Source: Planctomycetota bacterium (GTDB taxonomy: Bacteria > Planctomycetota > PLA2 > JAEUHO01). From it: a DNA stretch of 64,000 bases. This document shows positions 11,201 through 21,400 of this stretch, in pieces (positions within the stretch are counted from its first letter, which is position 1; the number at the start of each line of letters is the position of its first letter). The position numbers and the translations under genes were made by a program. Where the stretch lies: positions 1-64,000 of the forward strand of contig CBDCWP010000038.1 of the NCBI GenBank assembly GCA_965223505.1, read 5' to 3'. The notes below the pieces were generated by a model, which was not told the DNA's origin, searched no databases, and saw only the letters and a list, made by a program, of their open reading frames with translations.

Positions 11201-12747
11201 GGCGCCTGCTCGCCGACCAGCCGCATGGCGTGCACGCGGCCAAGGCGCTCGCGCTCGTGGCGCGGGCGTATCGAGCGGAAGGCGCGCTGGGTGGCGCGCG
11301 CGTGGCGTTGATCCAGATGTCTCGCAGCCACGCGGGTGCGCGGTTCGAGATCGACGGACGCGAGTGGAGCGGCGAGCAGTTCGCGCGCGCCGAGCTCGCG
11401 CGCCTGCCGAGACGCGAGAAGGCCAAGGGCAAGAAGCACGCCCTCGAAGCGCCGCTGCACGAGGTGCACGCCGAGCGCGTGAGCCCCGACGCCAACGCGC
11501 GCGCGCTCGACGTCATCACCTCGAACGATGCGGATGAGGATGTCGAACCCTCGCCGCTCGCGGTCATGGTCTACGCCCAGTCCCTGACGGCGTTCGATCT
11601 GCGCAAGGGCGACATCGCGTGGAAGCAGAACGTCAACGGCAGCTGCCAGCGCGCGGCCTACGTCGACGGCCTGCTCGTGGTGGCGCGCACCCCGTTCATG
11701 GAGGGGCGCGCGGCCGAGGACGGCACGCAGGTCTGGGAGCGCGACGTCGGCGGTCACGTGCGCGAGATGGCGCTCGCCAACGGCGTCGTCTACGCGCTCG
11801 TGCAAGACACGCGCGGCTTGGCGGGCGGCAGCCACCTGATCGCGATGGACGCGTACCGCGGACACGAGCTGTGGCGGCGCGACCTCGGGCCGGACAACCC
11901 GCGACGGCTGCGCACCTGGCGCGGTCGCATCCTGCTGGAGCGCTCGCGCTGGGACATGAGGCAGCCGATCGGCAGCCTGCTGATCCTGGACGGGTTCAGC
12001 GGCGGGTTGCAGGACGAGTTGCGCATCCCAGTCCACGTCGATACGCCTTCCGTGCTGGTCGACGGCGCCCTGTGCGTGGCCCACGGCGAGCGGGATCCCC
12101 AACGGCACACGACCCGCCGCAGGCTCGTGGCATTCGACATCGCCAAGGGCAAGAAGCGCTGGGCCAAGACGTTGCCGAGCCAGGAGAAGATGTCGCCGAA
12201 CGTGACGGGGCTGATGCCCGACGGCAAGCGGCTCGTCGTCCTGCGAAGTGACGGCACGTTGATGACCTTCGCGATGAGCGACGGCGCGCTCGAGCAGGAG
12301 ACGCGCATCTTCGTGGGCGATCGCGTTCACGTACGCCCGTTCCGCAACAGCCCGTTGCTGCTCGACGCCAAGTCGCTGACGTTCCTGCCCACGCCGCCGC
12401 GGCCGCGCAGCCGCGGCGAGATCGAGCCGACGTTGATGTCGTTCGACCGCCGTACGGGGAAGTTGCGGTGGGAGCGTTCGTATCGCGCCGGCATCGATGT
12501 CAGCACGGTTCAGCTATGGCACCAGGACGACGTGATCTGCGCGTTCGTCACCCACCGAGAGTCGATGGTTCCGCACATCCTGGTGCGGCTGCTGAACGCA
12601 TCGACGGGCGAGCTGCTGCAGGCGATCGAACCGGTGGGTCTGTCCCAGCAACGGTGGATTCCGTCGGCCGAGGTCGGGTACGGGACATTGGTCGTCTTCG
12701 GCCGCGCGGGCGCGAGCGTCTTCGTGAAGAAGGGGTCGAACCGCTGA
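8224..12747 (+). CDS. Large secreted PQQ-like beta-propeller + TPR protein
   Basis: Signal peptide. Many AFDxxTGxxxW blades in two blocks separated by a helical TPR-like region (YPNAS, ALLARGE). Confidence 0.8.
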   Translation: MRPRLLLIAVLAVAALPSRLVTAEDFDPHEQPRLFAVRDTNAARNAIQAARDALDAGRISMGLREAQRVLDDMPDDFFLVADESSPRSVLWRSAAEEVRFILEGLTPEQRAVYEEMTRPSAAPMLERALALRDIDHLKAVQHRFGASRIGVAAGRFIARYELSRGSWRDAARHAQEALRFAPNDAGLWVLLIDALIGAGDREALLALTPPATMGSDAPGAGEDVRSRLEQALARVPDRTTSLDWPAWGGDASRSRRIESDPPLPRQLRWKERTDFRERSRDRTGRSFREGELQDIFKAKLSNFRPSHPVVADRTVFVGDGRSVRAFDLYSGRMLWRFDADFYSDADVQPPFRMYAPGRFAEGRTSLERAFAPVVVGDTIIATVEEWHPYVADRLQRIEISMYLPRRILVALDKRTGALRWHMGQDGLEHLTLAQTSIVSPPAVSEGLVVAVGSVYHGSHNVSFLAFDLETGRLRWRRALGTGQQELNLFGIPVKELAASAVTVSDGVAYASTGLGFVAAVDIRTGVPRWLASYDIIPVRPVQYWYTAPLRIPSVAPSPPAVRGDYVVVAPTDGTHLYAFDRRTGTMRWRKPYKPGSASGHAQYYNKFVHFLGIVNDGKRDVVLTTDLTLHAYQLDSVDERDGDPEPVEVWAALAGSLVSGVVGQGAVAGDEVVVPTLGGMQRFSLSKEGKHLGNHPWPENAEPGNLLPLERVLLVAAREEVQWFYDWEDLERDVAKRRREHPDDPTILIEAAELYLRAGEETERSRKAFHEALRIAQRVAPEFVKRAQRGLYLSWMLEGERAEAVAAKASAAYREALQYAQSPVERIHARVRLHDVLQDLPDERLANLEALIREAGDAEFVFDETAGPQRARTEGMFLLAQAYLDRGEVEPAVGVLQQVLAEAGDELDEDSARERARRTIDDIIASFGRAAYRKQEERAKELMRRAADADDVALLDRVIREYPNASTLPAALLARGESLIQNGQPSLAVPSLRRLLADQPHGVHAAKALALVARAYRAEGALGGARVALIQMSRSHAGARFEIDGREWSGEQFARAELARLPRREKAKGKKHALEAPLHEVHAERVSPDANARALDVITSNDADEDVEPSPLAVMVYAQSLTAFDLRKGDIAWKQNVNGSCQRAAYVDGLLVVARTPFMEGRAAEDGTQVWERDVGGHVREMALANGVVYALVQDTRGLAGGSHLIAMDAYRGHELWRRDLGPDNPRRLRTWRGRILLERSRWDMRQPIGSLLILDGFSGGLQDELRIPVHVDTPSVLVDGALCVAHGERDPQRHTTRRRLVAFDIAKGKKRWAKTLPSQEKMSPNVTGLMPDGKRLVVLRSDGTLMTFAMSDGALEQETRIFVGDRVHVRPFRNSPLLLDAKSLTFLPTPPRPRSRGEIEPTLMSFDRRTGKLRWERSYRAGIDVSTVQLWHQDDVICAFVTHRESMVPHILVRLLNASTGELLQAIEPVGLSQQRWIPSAEVGYGTLVVFGRAGASVFVKKGSNR

Positions 12748-12802
12748 CCGTCGGGAACGGAATCTGAACAGCCTGCCCGCTCCTCGTCCGTTCCTTCGCC
12801 GT

Positions 12803-12827
12803 TGTCCTGCCCCCTCCGGTACCCTGG
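12803..12827 (+). promoter_or_regulatory. Conserved upstream motif, probable promoter of a (near-)leaderless mRNA
   Basis: TGTCCTGCCCCCTCCGGTACCCTGG. TACCCT lies 6 nt before ATG 12832 and there is no SD. Confidence 0.5.
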
Positions 12828-12831
12828 ATTC

Positions 12832-14031
12832 ATGACGCGACGCATTCTCCTTTGCCTGCCACCGTTGCTCGCACTGCTCGCCGTGGGGCTCGCCCTGCAG
12901 CCGCAACCGAGCGACGCGGACGACGGCGCGCGGGCGCAGCCGCTGGTCGACGCGCGCGCCCACACCGCGATCGAGCGCGGCACCCGCTATCTGATGCGCC
13001 TCCAGAACCCGGACGGCTCGTGGCCGAGCAACGCGGGCAAGAAGATCAACGAGCGGTACGACGTGTTCCTCAACGGCACGCGCGTCTCGCACGTCGGCGT
13101 GACCTCGCTCTCCGTGCTTGCGCTGCTCGCCGGCGGCCACAAACCCGGCCGCGGCCCGCACGGCCAGGCGCTGGAGAGGGCGATCGCGTTCATCATGTCG
13201 CGGGTGCAGCCGAGCGGGTACATCGCCGCGAACGGCACGCGGATGTACAGCCACGCGTTCGCGACGCTCGCGCTGGCCGAGGTGTACGGCGTCTCGCGCA
13301 AAGCCGAGATCCGCAACAAGCTGCAAGACGCGATCGAGTTCACCGTCAAGTGCCAGAACCAGACGGGCGGGTGGCGCTACGTTCCGTTCACGAACGACTC
13401 GGACATGAGCGTCACGGTCTGCCAGGTCGTCGCGCTGCGCGCGGCGCGCAACGTGGGAATCAAGGTGCCCCGCGCGACGGTCGACCGCGCTCTGAGGTAC
13501 ATCATCGAGAGCGCGATCTCGGAAGGCGAACGCGGTCCCGCGGGCGCGTTCTGGTATCAGCCGCACGACCAGCGGTTCAACCGCCCGTCGTTTGCGCTCT
13601 GCGCAGCCGGTCTGACCGCGATGTTCCAGGCCGGCCTGTACGACGACCGTCAGGTCCGGCGCCACATTCGCGCGAACAAGATCGACAAGCCGAACCCGCC
13701 GACGATTCGCCAGTCCGTCGAGTACATGAAGAACCAGTACTGGCGCATCTGGCACCGCTCACCGAATCCGGATCACTACTTCTACTTTTACGGCAACTAC
13801 TACGCGGCGCAGGCGATGTATCAAATCGGCGGTCGCGATCCCGCCGCGTGGGAAGGTTGGTACCGGCAGGTGCGAGATCATCTGTTGGAGCGTGCGCAGT
13901 CCAACTCGCACGGCGGCAAGAAAGAGGTCTATTGGCGCAGCAACGTGGATGACACGAATGCGTACGCCACGGCCTGCGCGCTGCTGATCCTGCAGTTCCC
14001 GTTGGACTATCTGCCCATCCACCAACGCTAA
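12832..14031 (+). CDS. Prenyltransferase/squalene oxidase repeat (alpha/alpha-toroid) protein, exported
   Basis: QNPDGSW, QNQTGGWRY, MYSHAFATLALAE, SDMSVT, YYAAQAM, C-terminal YLPIHQR. Signal peptide. Confidence 0.85.
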   Translation: MTRRILLCLPPLLALLAVGLALQPQPSDADDGARAQPLVDARAHTAIERGTRYLMRLQNPDGSWPSNAGKKINERYDVFLNGTRVSHVGVTSLSVLALLAGGHKPGRGPHGQALERAIAFIMSRVQPSGYIAANGTRMYSHAFATLALAEVYGVSRKAEIRNKLQDAIEFTVKCQNQTGGWRYVPFTNDSDMSVTVCQVVALRAARNVGIKVPRATVDRALRYIIESAISEGERGPAGAFWYQPHDQRFNRPSFALCAAGLTAMFQAGLYDDRQVRRHIRANKIDKPNPPTIRQSVEYMKNQYWRIWHRSPNPDHYFYFYGNYYAAQAMYQIGGRDPAAWEGWYRQVRDHLLERAQSNSHGGKKEVYWRSNVDDTNAYATACALLILQFPLDYLPIHQR

Positions 14032-14134
14032 CGGCACCCTGGGCTGGGTGCGCTCAGGACCGCTTCGTCGTCCTCGCGTGGCCGACCACGCCACGTCCTC
14101 CTCATCGGCCTTCCGCACCCCATCCAGCGCGCCG
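14032..14134 (+). repeat. ~100-nt hairpin repeat element directly after a stop codon
   Basis: Colinear with the element after the rho stop (core CGCTTCGTCGTCCTCGCGTGG-N4-CCACGC...GTCCTCCTCATCG). Imperfect terminal inverted repeats. Confidence 0.8.
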
Positions 14135-14261
14135 TTGAATTGCCGAGCGCGAGGCCCTTGTTAGGTCGGAGAGGCGATACTCTCCCCCCTGTGCGTTTTC
14201 GACCGAACCCCTGCCCCGCATCCCGGTTTGACCGGGTGCCCTTCCCCCCCCGCGAGCCGGC

Positions 14262-14819
14262 GTGAACGAGTCCGAGCACGACTTGATGGCCCGGGTCCGC
14301 GACGGGGACCGATCGGCGTTCGAAGCGCTCTATTCCAGATTCGGTTCACCGGTCATGCGGTTCCTCTTCCGCCTCTGCGGCGACCGCGAGCTCGCTGAGG
14401 ACCTCACCCAAGAAGTCTTCGTGCGCGTCTGGCGCGCCGCGCCGCGCTGGCAGCCCCTTGGAAAAGTCAGCACCTGGCTGTTCCAGATCGCCAAGCGCGT
14501 GTGGTGGAACGAGGGGGCGAAACGAACGCGGCGCGCCAACGTCTGGCGCGACGCGGAGGCATCGACCGGCGAAACGGCCGGTGGCGATGCCGACGCGGCC
14601 GCACGCCGCGTGGCGCGCGACGAGCTCGCGCTCGCGCTCCAACGTGCGATCACGGAGCTGTCGCAGCGCCGCCGGCTGGTCTTCGTGCTCGTGCGCCTGG
14701 AAGGGTGCTCGCTTGCGGAGGCCGCTGCCATTGCGGGGATTCCGGTGGGCACCGTGAAGAGCCGCGTCGCGTCCGCGGAAGCGGCCCTTCGGCGGCGGCT
14801 GCGCAAGCACCGGCCCTAG
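14262..14819 (+). CDS. ECF (sigma-70 group 4) RNA polymerase sigma factor
   Basis: AEDLTQEVFVRVW, STWLFQIA, GIPVGTVKSR. Confidence 0.92.
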   Translation: MNESEHDLMARVRDGDRSAFEALYSRFGSPVMRFLFRLCGDRELAEDLTQEVFVRVWRAAPRWQPLGKVSTWLFQIAKRVWWNEGAKRTRRANVWRDAEASTGETAGGDADAAARRVARDELALALQRAITELSQRRRLVFVLVRLEGCSLAEAAAIAGIPVGTVKSRVASAEAALRRRLRKHRP

Positions 14820-14828
14820 ACGACCCCA

Positions 14829-15977
14829 ATGCGAAACCACATCCGACACGCCGATCTCGTCGCGCGCGCCCTCGGGGCGCTCGAGGGACCGCTGCGCAAG
14901 GACGTCGACGACGCGATCGCGTCGGCCCCCGACGTCAAGCGCCGCTTCGACGAGGTCGCGTCGCACCTGCTGCTCTACGACCGGCTGCCCGACGCGCCGC
15001 CGGCCCCTGCGTTCGATCGGATCGAAACCGCGCTCGCAACGACAGCAGACGAAGACGAAGACGCGCGCACCGGCTACGAGGCGCAGGCCGCGGCGCCCGC
15101 CGACACGCTCCGCTGGGCGGCGCCGGCGGCGCTGGCCGCGGCGGCTGTCGTGATGATCGGACTGTTCGTCTCCGGTGTCTTCGAGCCGTCCGTGGCCCCG
15201 AAGCGCGCGGCGATCACCGTCGGCGCCGGGATCGTCCGGGACGGCAGCGTCGTCTCCGCGGCCGGACCGGCGGAGCTGCGGGTCGGCGCGCGCGTTCGCA
15301 TCGTGCTCGACGGCGGCGCCCGCATCGCCGTCGAGAGCGAAGAGCGGGTCACGCTGATGGCGGGACGGGCGTACTTCGAGGTGCAGCCCGGCGCGTTCGC
15401 CGTCGCGACGTCGTACGGCGACGTCGAGGTGCTCGGGACCGCGTTCGAGGTGGACGTTCGCAACGACGAGCTAGGGGTCGGCGTGGCGGAGGGCAGCGTG
15501 CGGGCCGCCGGCAACGTGCTGGAGGCGGGGACACGACTCGCCGCGGGCCGCGTCGAGCCGGCGACGAACGGCCATCGACCGGGCCTCTGGTTCCAGCAGC
15601 CGCGCGTCACGCTGCGCCAGGCACGACCCGGGGCCGTGGCGGTCGGAGAGCGGGCCCGCCTGATCCTGACGATCGAGAACCCGGGGTTCGTGGAGCTGCG
15701 AGCGCCCATCAAAGCGGGCACGTCGGCCGTCTTCATCGACTTCACGCATCCCGACGGTAGCGAGGGGGGTACGGCGGTCCTGGCGGGGAACGTGGTCTCG
15801 GGCGGAAACCTCCCTCAACCCGGCGAAGCGGTGATACTCGGGCCGCGGAAAGCCCTACCCTTCACGGTGGAGCTCGACAGCCCCTTCACGCAACCGGGCC
15901 TCTGGCGCTGCAAGGCGCTCTTCCACTCGGCCAAGGGGCGCATCGTCTCCCCTGAAATCGAGATCGAGGTGCGCTGA
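14829..15977 (+). CDS. FecR-like anti-sigma factor with C-terminal extra domain
   Basis: Follows the ECF sigma gene. Single TM helix. GRAYFEV...VEVLGTAFEV...VAEGSV FecR motif. Confidence 0.8.
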   Translation: MRNHIRHADLVARALGALEGPLRKDVDDAIASAPDVKRRFDEVASHLLLYDRLPDAPPAPAFDRIETALATTADEDEDARTGYEAQAAAPADTLRWAAPAALAAAAVVMIGLFVSGVFEPSVAPKRAAITVGAGIVRDGSVVSAAGPAELRVGARVRIVLDGGARIAVESEERVTLMAGRAYFEVQPGAFAVATSYGDVEVLGTAFEVDVRNDELGVGVAEGSVRAAGNVLEAGTRLAAGRVEPATNGHRPGLWFQQPRVTLRQARPGAVAVGERARLILTIENPGFVELRAPIKAGTSAVFIDFTHPDGSEGGTAVLAGNVVSGGNLPQPGEAVILGPRKALPFTVELDSPFTQPGLWRCKALFHSAKGRIVSPEIEIEVR

Positions 15978-18467
15978 ATGCCTGAGTTCAAGAGTCCCGG
16001 AGACCGCTCCGTTCGCGAGATCGTCCAGCGGCTGCGCTCCCTGCGCGCCCGCATCCGCGGGATCTTCGCGGTCGTCGGCATCGCCCGGCTGGGCGTGGTG
16101 GTGCTGGGCACACTGGGCCTGTTCTTCCTCGCCGACTGGTTGCTCGATCTGCCGATGGGCGTGCGCCGGTTCGTGCGCCTGGGTCTGCTGGACCATCCGA
16201 GCTGGCTCGCGACGCTGCCCTGGCTGTTGTGCCTGGGGCTGTGCGCGTTCTTCGCCTACGTGTTCACCCGCACGCACCGCGGCGTCGCGGGGCTGTTCGC
16301 GTTCCTCACGGCGGGCATCGTCGGCGTCTGGGTGTGGTACGCGGTGCGTGTCTTCGCGCCGCTGCGCGTCCGGCTGTCCGACGAGGACATGGCGATGACG
16401 GTGGAGGAGCGCTACAAGCACCTCAACGACCGGCTTGCCGCGTCGCTCGACTTCGAGCGGGAGCTGCGCGCGCCGAGTCGCGGCGAGAGCCCGGCGATGA
16501 TGCGCAAGGTCGTCCAGGACGCGGTCGAGGCCGCCGAAGGGCTGTCGATGCACGACGCGGCGTCGGGCAAGCGCGCTGCGGCGTGGACGGGCGTGGTCGT
16601 CGGCGTGGCGTGCGTGGCGCTGATCGTCGTCGCGCTGATGCCGGCGACGATCGGCCTGTGGTGGGAGCGCTCGATCCTCGTCCAGAACACGCCGTGGCCG
16701 CGTGACACCAACATGTACGCGGTCGCGATCGACAGCGCGGGCGAGGTCTCGCGCTGGAATCCCGCACAGCCCTACTCCGTCGCGCTGGGCCGGCCCCTCA
16801 CGATCCACGCGCAGGCCGATGGCGAGGTGCCGGACGAGGCGTTCCTCGTGGACCTCATCGACGGCCAGCAGCCGCTGGCCCGGCGCATGTTCGCCGTCCC
16901 GGACATGGAAGGCGTGTTCGCCTTCGAGTTCCGCGACGTGCGGCGTCCCTTCTCCTTCGTCTTGCGGGGCGGCGACGACGAGGACGAAGAGCCGCTCTAT
17001 CGGGTCGAGATCACGATTCCGCCGCACGTGTTGAGCATCGAATCGACGGTCACCTATCCCGCGTATCTGGGCGGGACGTCGGAGACGTTCGCGCATGGCA
17101 ACGTCACGGTGCCGGAAGGCTCGACGGTCGCGGTCGCGTTCACGACCAGCATGGACGTCGCGACGGCCCAGCTGGTGATCGCCGACGACGTGCGGCCGGT
17201 CCAGTCGAGCGACCCGCGTTCGTTCTCGTTCACGTTCGAGGCCGACGCGACCCTCACCTACCGCCTCGCGCTCGAAACGCCCGATGGCAAGGTCAACGAT
17301 CCGGCCGCCGACACGTACGAGGTGCGCGTCCGGCGCGACCAGGCGCCCAGCGTCGAGTGGATCTTTCCCCGCCAGACCCTCGAGGTGACCGCGGAAGGCC
17401 GCTTGCCGCTGCTGGTGCGCACACGCGACGACCACGCCGTCACCCAGCTCGCGCTCGAGGCGCGAATCGGCAGCGACGAGATCGTCCGCTTCCCCGTCAT
17501 CGAGTTCGGGACCACCGATCCCGATCGCGAGAACGCCGTGGCGGCCGCGGACGGACCGTTCGGGCGCACCCAGGTGCTGACGTACGTCCCGCTCGAGATC
17601 AAGGACCTCGAGAGTCCCACCGGAGAGCCGCTCGTTCCGCCGGCGCGGCTGGCGTTCCGCATGGTCGCGAACGACTCGCGCGGGCAATCGCGCGAAGGCG
17701 AGTGGACGTACGTCGACGTGTTCGGCCCGGCGGAGCTCGAACGCGGACTATCGGGCCGCCGCGCGAACGCGCGCGCCGAGGTGGACCGGGTCTACGCGGA
17801 ACAGAAGGTCCGTCGTGACGAGCTCGAGGAGATCATGAGCGGCCCCGTCGGTCCGGCCGAGCTCAGCCTGCTCAAGGAGATCCGTTTCTCACAGGGCAAG
17901 CTGGCGCAGGATGCGGACCGCGCGACGCGTGGACTGATCGAGATCTTCAACAGCTTCATCTACAACCGCCTCGGGACGCGCAAGCCGACCGACGAGATCC
18001 TCTTCATGCTCGATCGGCACCATCGCGCGACGTACGGCGTGCTGCCCGCGGGCGACGCGGCGTCGTTGCCGCCGGACGAGGTCGAGTCGGCGCGGGCCTG
18101 GCAGGGTGATCCCGCTTTCCCCTATGCGCTCTACGAAGAGATCATCGCGATGCGCAAGGAGAAGGTGGACAAGGGGCTGATCACGCGCCTCGTCGCCGTC
18201 ATCGACGACGCCGTGCGCGTCGGCGGCTACCTGGCGCCGGAAGCGCACCGTGCCGCGACACGCGCCGTGTCCGGCACCAGGGAAGACATGCAGGCGGCGT
18301 TGGACGCGCAGGACGCTCACCTCGCCGCACTGGACCGGCTGCTCGACTCGATGCGGCGCTGGAAGAGCTTGAGCGATGTGACGGCGTTCCTACGCCGCCT
18401 CATCCAGGAACAGAAGACGCTGAGCGACTCGATCGAAGGCGATCCGGACGACCCCGGCGACAAGTGA
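15978..18467 (+). CDS. Membrane protein of Bat-like clusters (DUF4175-like)
   Basis: N-terminal TM helices, LNDRLAASLDF, PWPR, YPAYLG, VPEGS, DQAPSV, DDHAV, coiled-coil C terminus. Confidence 0.7.
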   Translation: MPEFKSPGDRSVREIVQRLRSLRARIRGIFAVVGIARLGVVVLGTLGLFFLADWLLDLPMGVRRFVRLGLLDHPSWLATLPWLLCLGLCAFFAYVFTRTHRGVAGLFAFLTAGIVGVWVWYAVRVFAPLRVRLSDEDMAMTVEERYKHLNDRLAASLDFERELRAPSRGESPAMMRKVVQDAVEAAEGLSMHDAASGKRAAAWTGVVVGVACVALIVVALMPATIGLWWERSILVQNTPWPRDTNMYAVAIDSAGEVSRWNPAQPYSVALGRPLTIHAQADGEVPDEAFLVDLIDGQQPLARRMFAVPDMEGVFAFEFRDVRRPFSFVLRGGDDEDEEPLYRVEITIPPHVLSIESTVTYPAYLGGTSETFAHGNVTVPEGSTVAVAFTTSMDVATAQLVIADDVRPVQSSDPRSFSFTFEADATLTYRLALETPDGKVNDPAADTYEVRVRRDQAPSVEWIFPRQTLEVTAEGRLPLLVRTRDDHAVTQLALEARIGSDEIVRFPVIEFGTTDPDRENAVAAADGPFGRTQVLTYVPLEIKDLESPTGEPLVPPARLAFRMVANDSRGQSREGEWTYVDVFGPAELERGLSGRRANARAEVDRVYAEQKVRRDELEEIMSGPVGPAELSLLKEIRFSQGKLAQDADRATRGLIEIFNSFIYNRLGTRKPTDEILFMLDRHHRATYGVLPAGDAASLPPDEVESARAWQGDPAFPYALYEEIIAMRKEKVDKGLITRLVAVIDDAVRVGGYLAPEAHRAATRAVSGTREDMQAALDAQDAHLAALDRLLDSMRRWKSLSDVTAFLRRLIQEQKTLSDSIEGDPDDPGDK

Positions 18468-18495
18468 CCCGACGTCCATGACGGTTAGGACCCCC

Positions 18496-21400
18496 ATGTC
18501 CCAGAACCCCTCCCCCACATCCGACTCCCCCTTCGGCAAGGCGAACCTGCGTTGGATCGTTCGCGGCCTGACGCTGATGCTCGTCATGGGCGTCCTGCTG
18601 CACGCCGGCGCGCCGTCGGCGCGCGCAGACGACGATCTCGAACAGGATCGCGCGAAGCGCAACGCGGCCAAGCAGGAAGAGATCAAGAGCAAGGTCACCG
18701 AGCTGCGCTCCGACATGGAGAACCTCGCAGAGGAGCTCAAGCGGGGGAACCAGGACTACGAAGAGCAGCTCGTGCGCGGTGCGCTCAAGCACCTCGACGC
18801 GGCGGATCTCTCGAAGAGCATCGAGGCGGTGGTGAGTGCCCTGAAACAGGCGCGACCGCAGAACGAACGCGCTCTGGATGCGTCGACGCAGGTGCTCGAC
18901 ACGCTGCAGCAGCTCCTGGACATCCTCGAGGACCGCAACCGCGAGTTCAGCAAGAAGGAGATCGAGGACCGCATCGAGAAGGCCAAGCGCGCGCAGGAGG
19001 AGGCCCGGCGTCTCAAGGAAGACGAGCAGAAGATCGTCGACGAGCTCAACAAGCTCGAGGAGATGGACAAGTCGAAGGCGGCGCGAGACGCCGAGCAGAT
19101 CAAGGCCGAGATCGACGAGCTTCGCAAGGACCAGGCCGACGTCCAGGAGCGCATGACGCCGGAGAAGCTCGACGAGCTCAACCGGCGCAAGGCGGCGATC
19201 GAGAACCTGCTCGAGCGCCAGAAGGACGCGCTGGATCGCACGAACGCGGCGAAGGAAGCGCGGGACAAGCAAGGCGCCAGCGAGGCGCGTGAGGCCGCGG
19301 ATCGCGCCGCGAAGGAAGCGCGCGACCTCGCCGCCCGCGAACGCAAGGCGCAGATGGAAAGCACGCGCGCGGAGCTGATGGACAAGTCGGCGCGCATGGC
19401 GCGCATCCTCGAGCAGTCGGCGGCCCGTCATCGCGACGGCGCGCGTGCGCGAGAGAACGCCGAAGACGCCAAGGCGGCGGCGGAAGCCGCGAAGGCCGCC
19501 GCCGAGGCCGCGAAGGCGGCGGGCGAAGGCAGCACGGACGAAGCGCTCGCGAAAAAGCTCGCGCAGGAGGCGGCCGCCGCGGCGCAGGCGCTCGCGGAGA
19601 AGATGCGTGCGGACCGGGAGCAGGCGTACGGCGATTCGAAGGAATCGAAGAGCGACGGATCGAAGTCCGACGACGGTTCGGAGTCCGGTGGCACCGAGAG
19701 CGACGGGTCGAAGTCCGATGGCTCGAAGTCCGACGGGTCCACGTCCGATGGTTCGAAGAGTGACGGGTCGAAGTCGAACGGGTCCAAGAGCGACGGGTCG
19801 AAATCGGACGGGTCGTCGTCGGGGACGCCTTCGTCGTCACACCCGCAGGCGCGTGACCTGGAGAAGGCGCTCGAGCAGATGGCCGCCGCGGCCAAGAAGC
19901 TCGCGAACGCGTCCGGCGCGGAGGCGAAGGCCGCCGGCGATGCGCTGCAGAAGGCGGCGAGCGCTGCCGCCGAGGCGGCGAATGCCGCGAACGCGAGCAG
20001 GTCGTCCGACGCCGACAAGGCGAGCGCGATCGCGAGCGAGAGCGAACAGCTGGCCGACACGCTCGAGACGGCGGCCAAGTCCGGCGCGCTGTCGTCGGGC
20101 AACGCTGCGAAGCCCGAGACGGCGGCGTCGAAGGCGGCCGAGGAGGCTGCGAAGGCGTTGCGCGATGCGGCGGACGCGATTCGCGCGGCCCGCGAGAAGG
20201 AAGCAGCCGGCGACAGCGGCGCCGCAGGTGACCGCTCCGAGCAAGCGCGCGCGTCGTTGGGCGAAGCCGCCGAGGCCCTCGAGCGGGCTGCGGGCGGCTC
20301 GCAGAGCGAAGGCTCCCCGAGCAGCGAGAGCCGGCCGAGCGGAGCGGAGGGCGGCGAGAGCGCGTCCGAGCGAGCCGCCGCGGAGGGCGAGCGCGCGAAG
20401 GAAGCCAACGCATTGGCCGAAGCGATCAACGCGTTGGGCGAAGAGCTGGCCAAGGCCGCGAGCGATCCGAGCGGCGCCGGCTCTCCCGAAGGCGCCCCGT
20501 CGGCGGAGGAGGCCAAGCAGGCGGCGAAGGAAGCCGCCGCGGCCGCGGCCGCCATGGCGGAGGCACGGGAGGCCATCGCGGGTGGTGAAAGCGGGCGCGC
20601 GGGCGCTGCGCAGGCGGAGGCGGCCGATCGCCTCGAGCGCGCGGCAGATCAGCTGTCCGGCGGAGGCACCAATACCGGTGGCGAGCTTGCGGACGGGCAG
20701 GCGGACATCCGCAGCGGTGCCGAGCAGCTCGCCGGCGAGATGGGCGCCGAAGGCAGCGCGTCCGAAGGCTCCGAGGGCAGCACGTCCGAAGGCTCCGAGG
20801 GCAGCACGTCCGAAGGCTCCGAGGGCAGCACGTCCGAGGGTTCCGAGGGCAGCACGTCCGAGGGCTCCGAAGGAAGCACGTCCGAGGGCTCCGAAGGCAG
20901 CACGTCCGAGGGCTCCGAGGGCAGCAAGTCCGAAGGCTCGCAGGCCGAGGCCGGCCAGAAGATGCAGGAAGCGACCTCCGCGATGAAGAACGCGGAAGAG
21001 GCGCTCGATCAGGGCGATCTCGAAGCGGGCGCGGAAGCGCAGAAGGAAGCCGTCGAGGCGCTCGACGAGGCGAGGGCGGCGCTCGACGAGGACATCCGCA
21101 ATCTGCTCGAAGAGCAGGGCCGCACGCAGGAGGAGATCGAGAAGGCGCAGCGCGAGCTCGCCGAGCGAGCCGAAGAGCTGAAGAACGCCACCGACGAGCT
21201 CGACCCCTCGACGCCCGAGGGGCAGGACGCAGCCGCGGCCGCTGCGCAGGCCATGAAGGAAGCCCAGCAGGCGATGCAGAAGGCGGGGCAGCAGGCGTCC
21301 CAGGGCGACCAGGCCGGCGCGCAGCAGTCGCAGCAGCAGGCGCAGCAAGCGATGCAGCAAGCGCAGGAACAGCTCGGGAAGCTCGGCGAGGAGTCCGCCG

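Noticed and set aside
12832..14031. Squalene-hopene cyclase or terpene biosynthetic cluster
   Set aside because: Single ~400-aa exported domain with no DxDD motif and no isoprenoid genes nearby.
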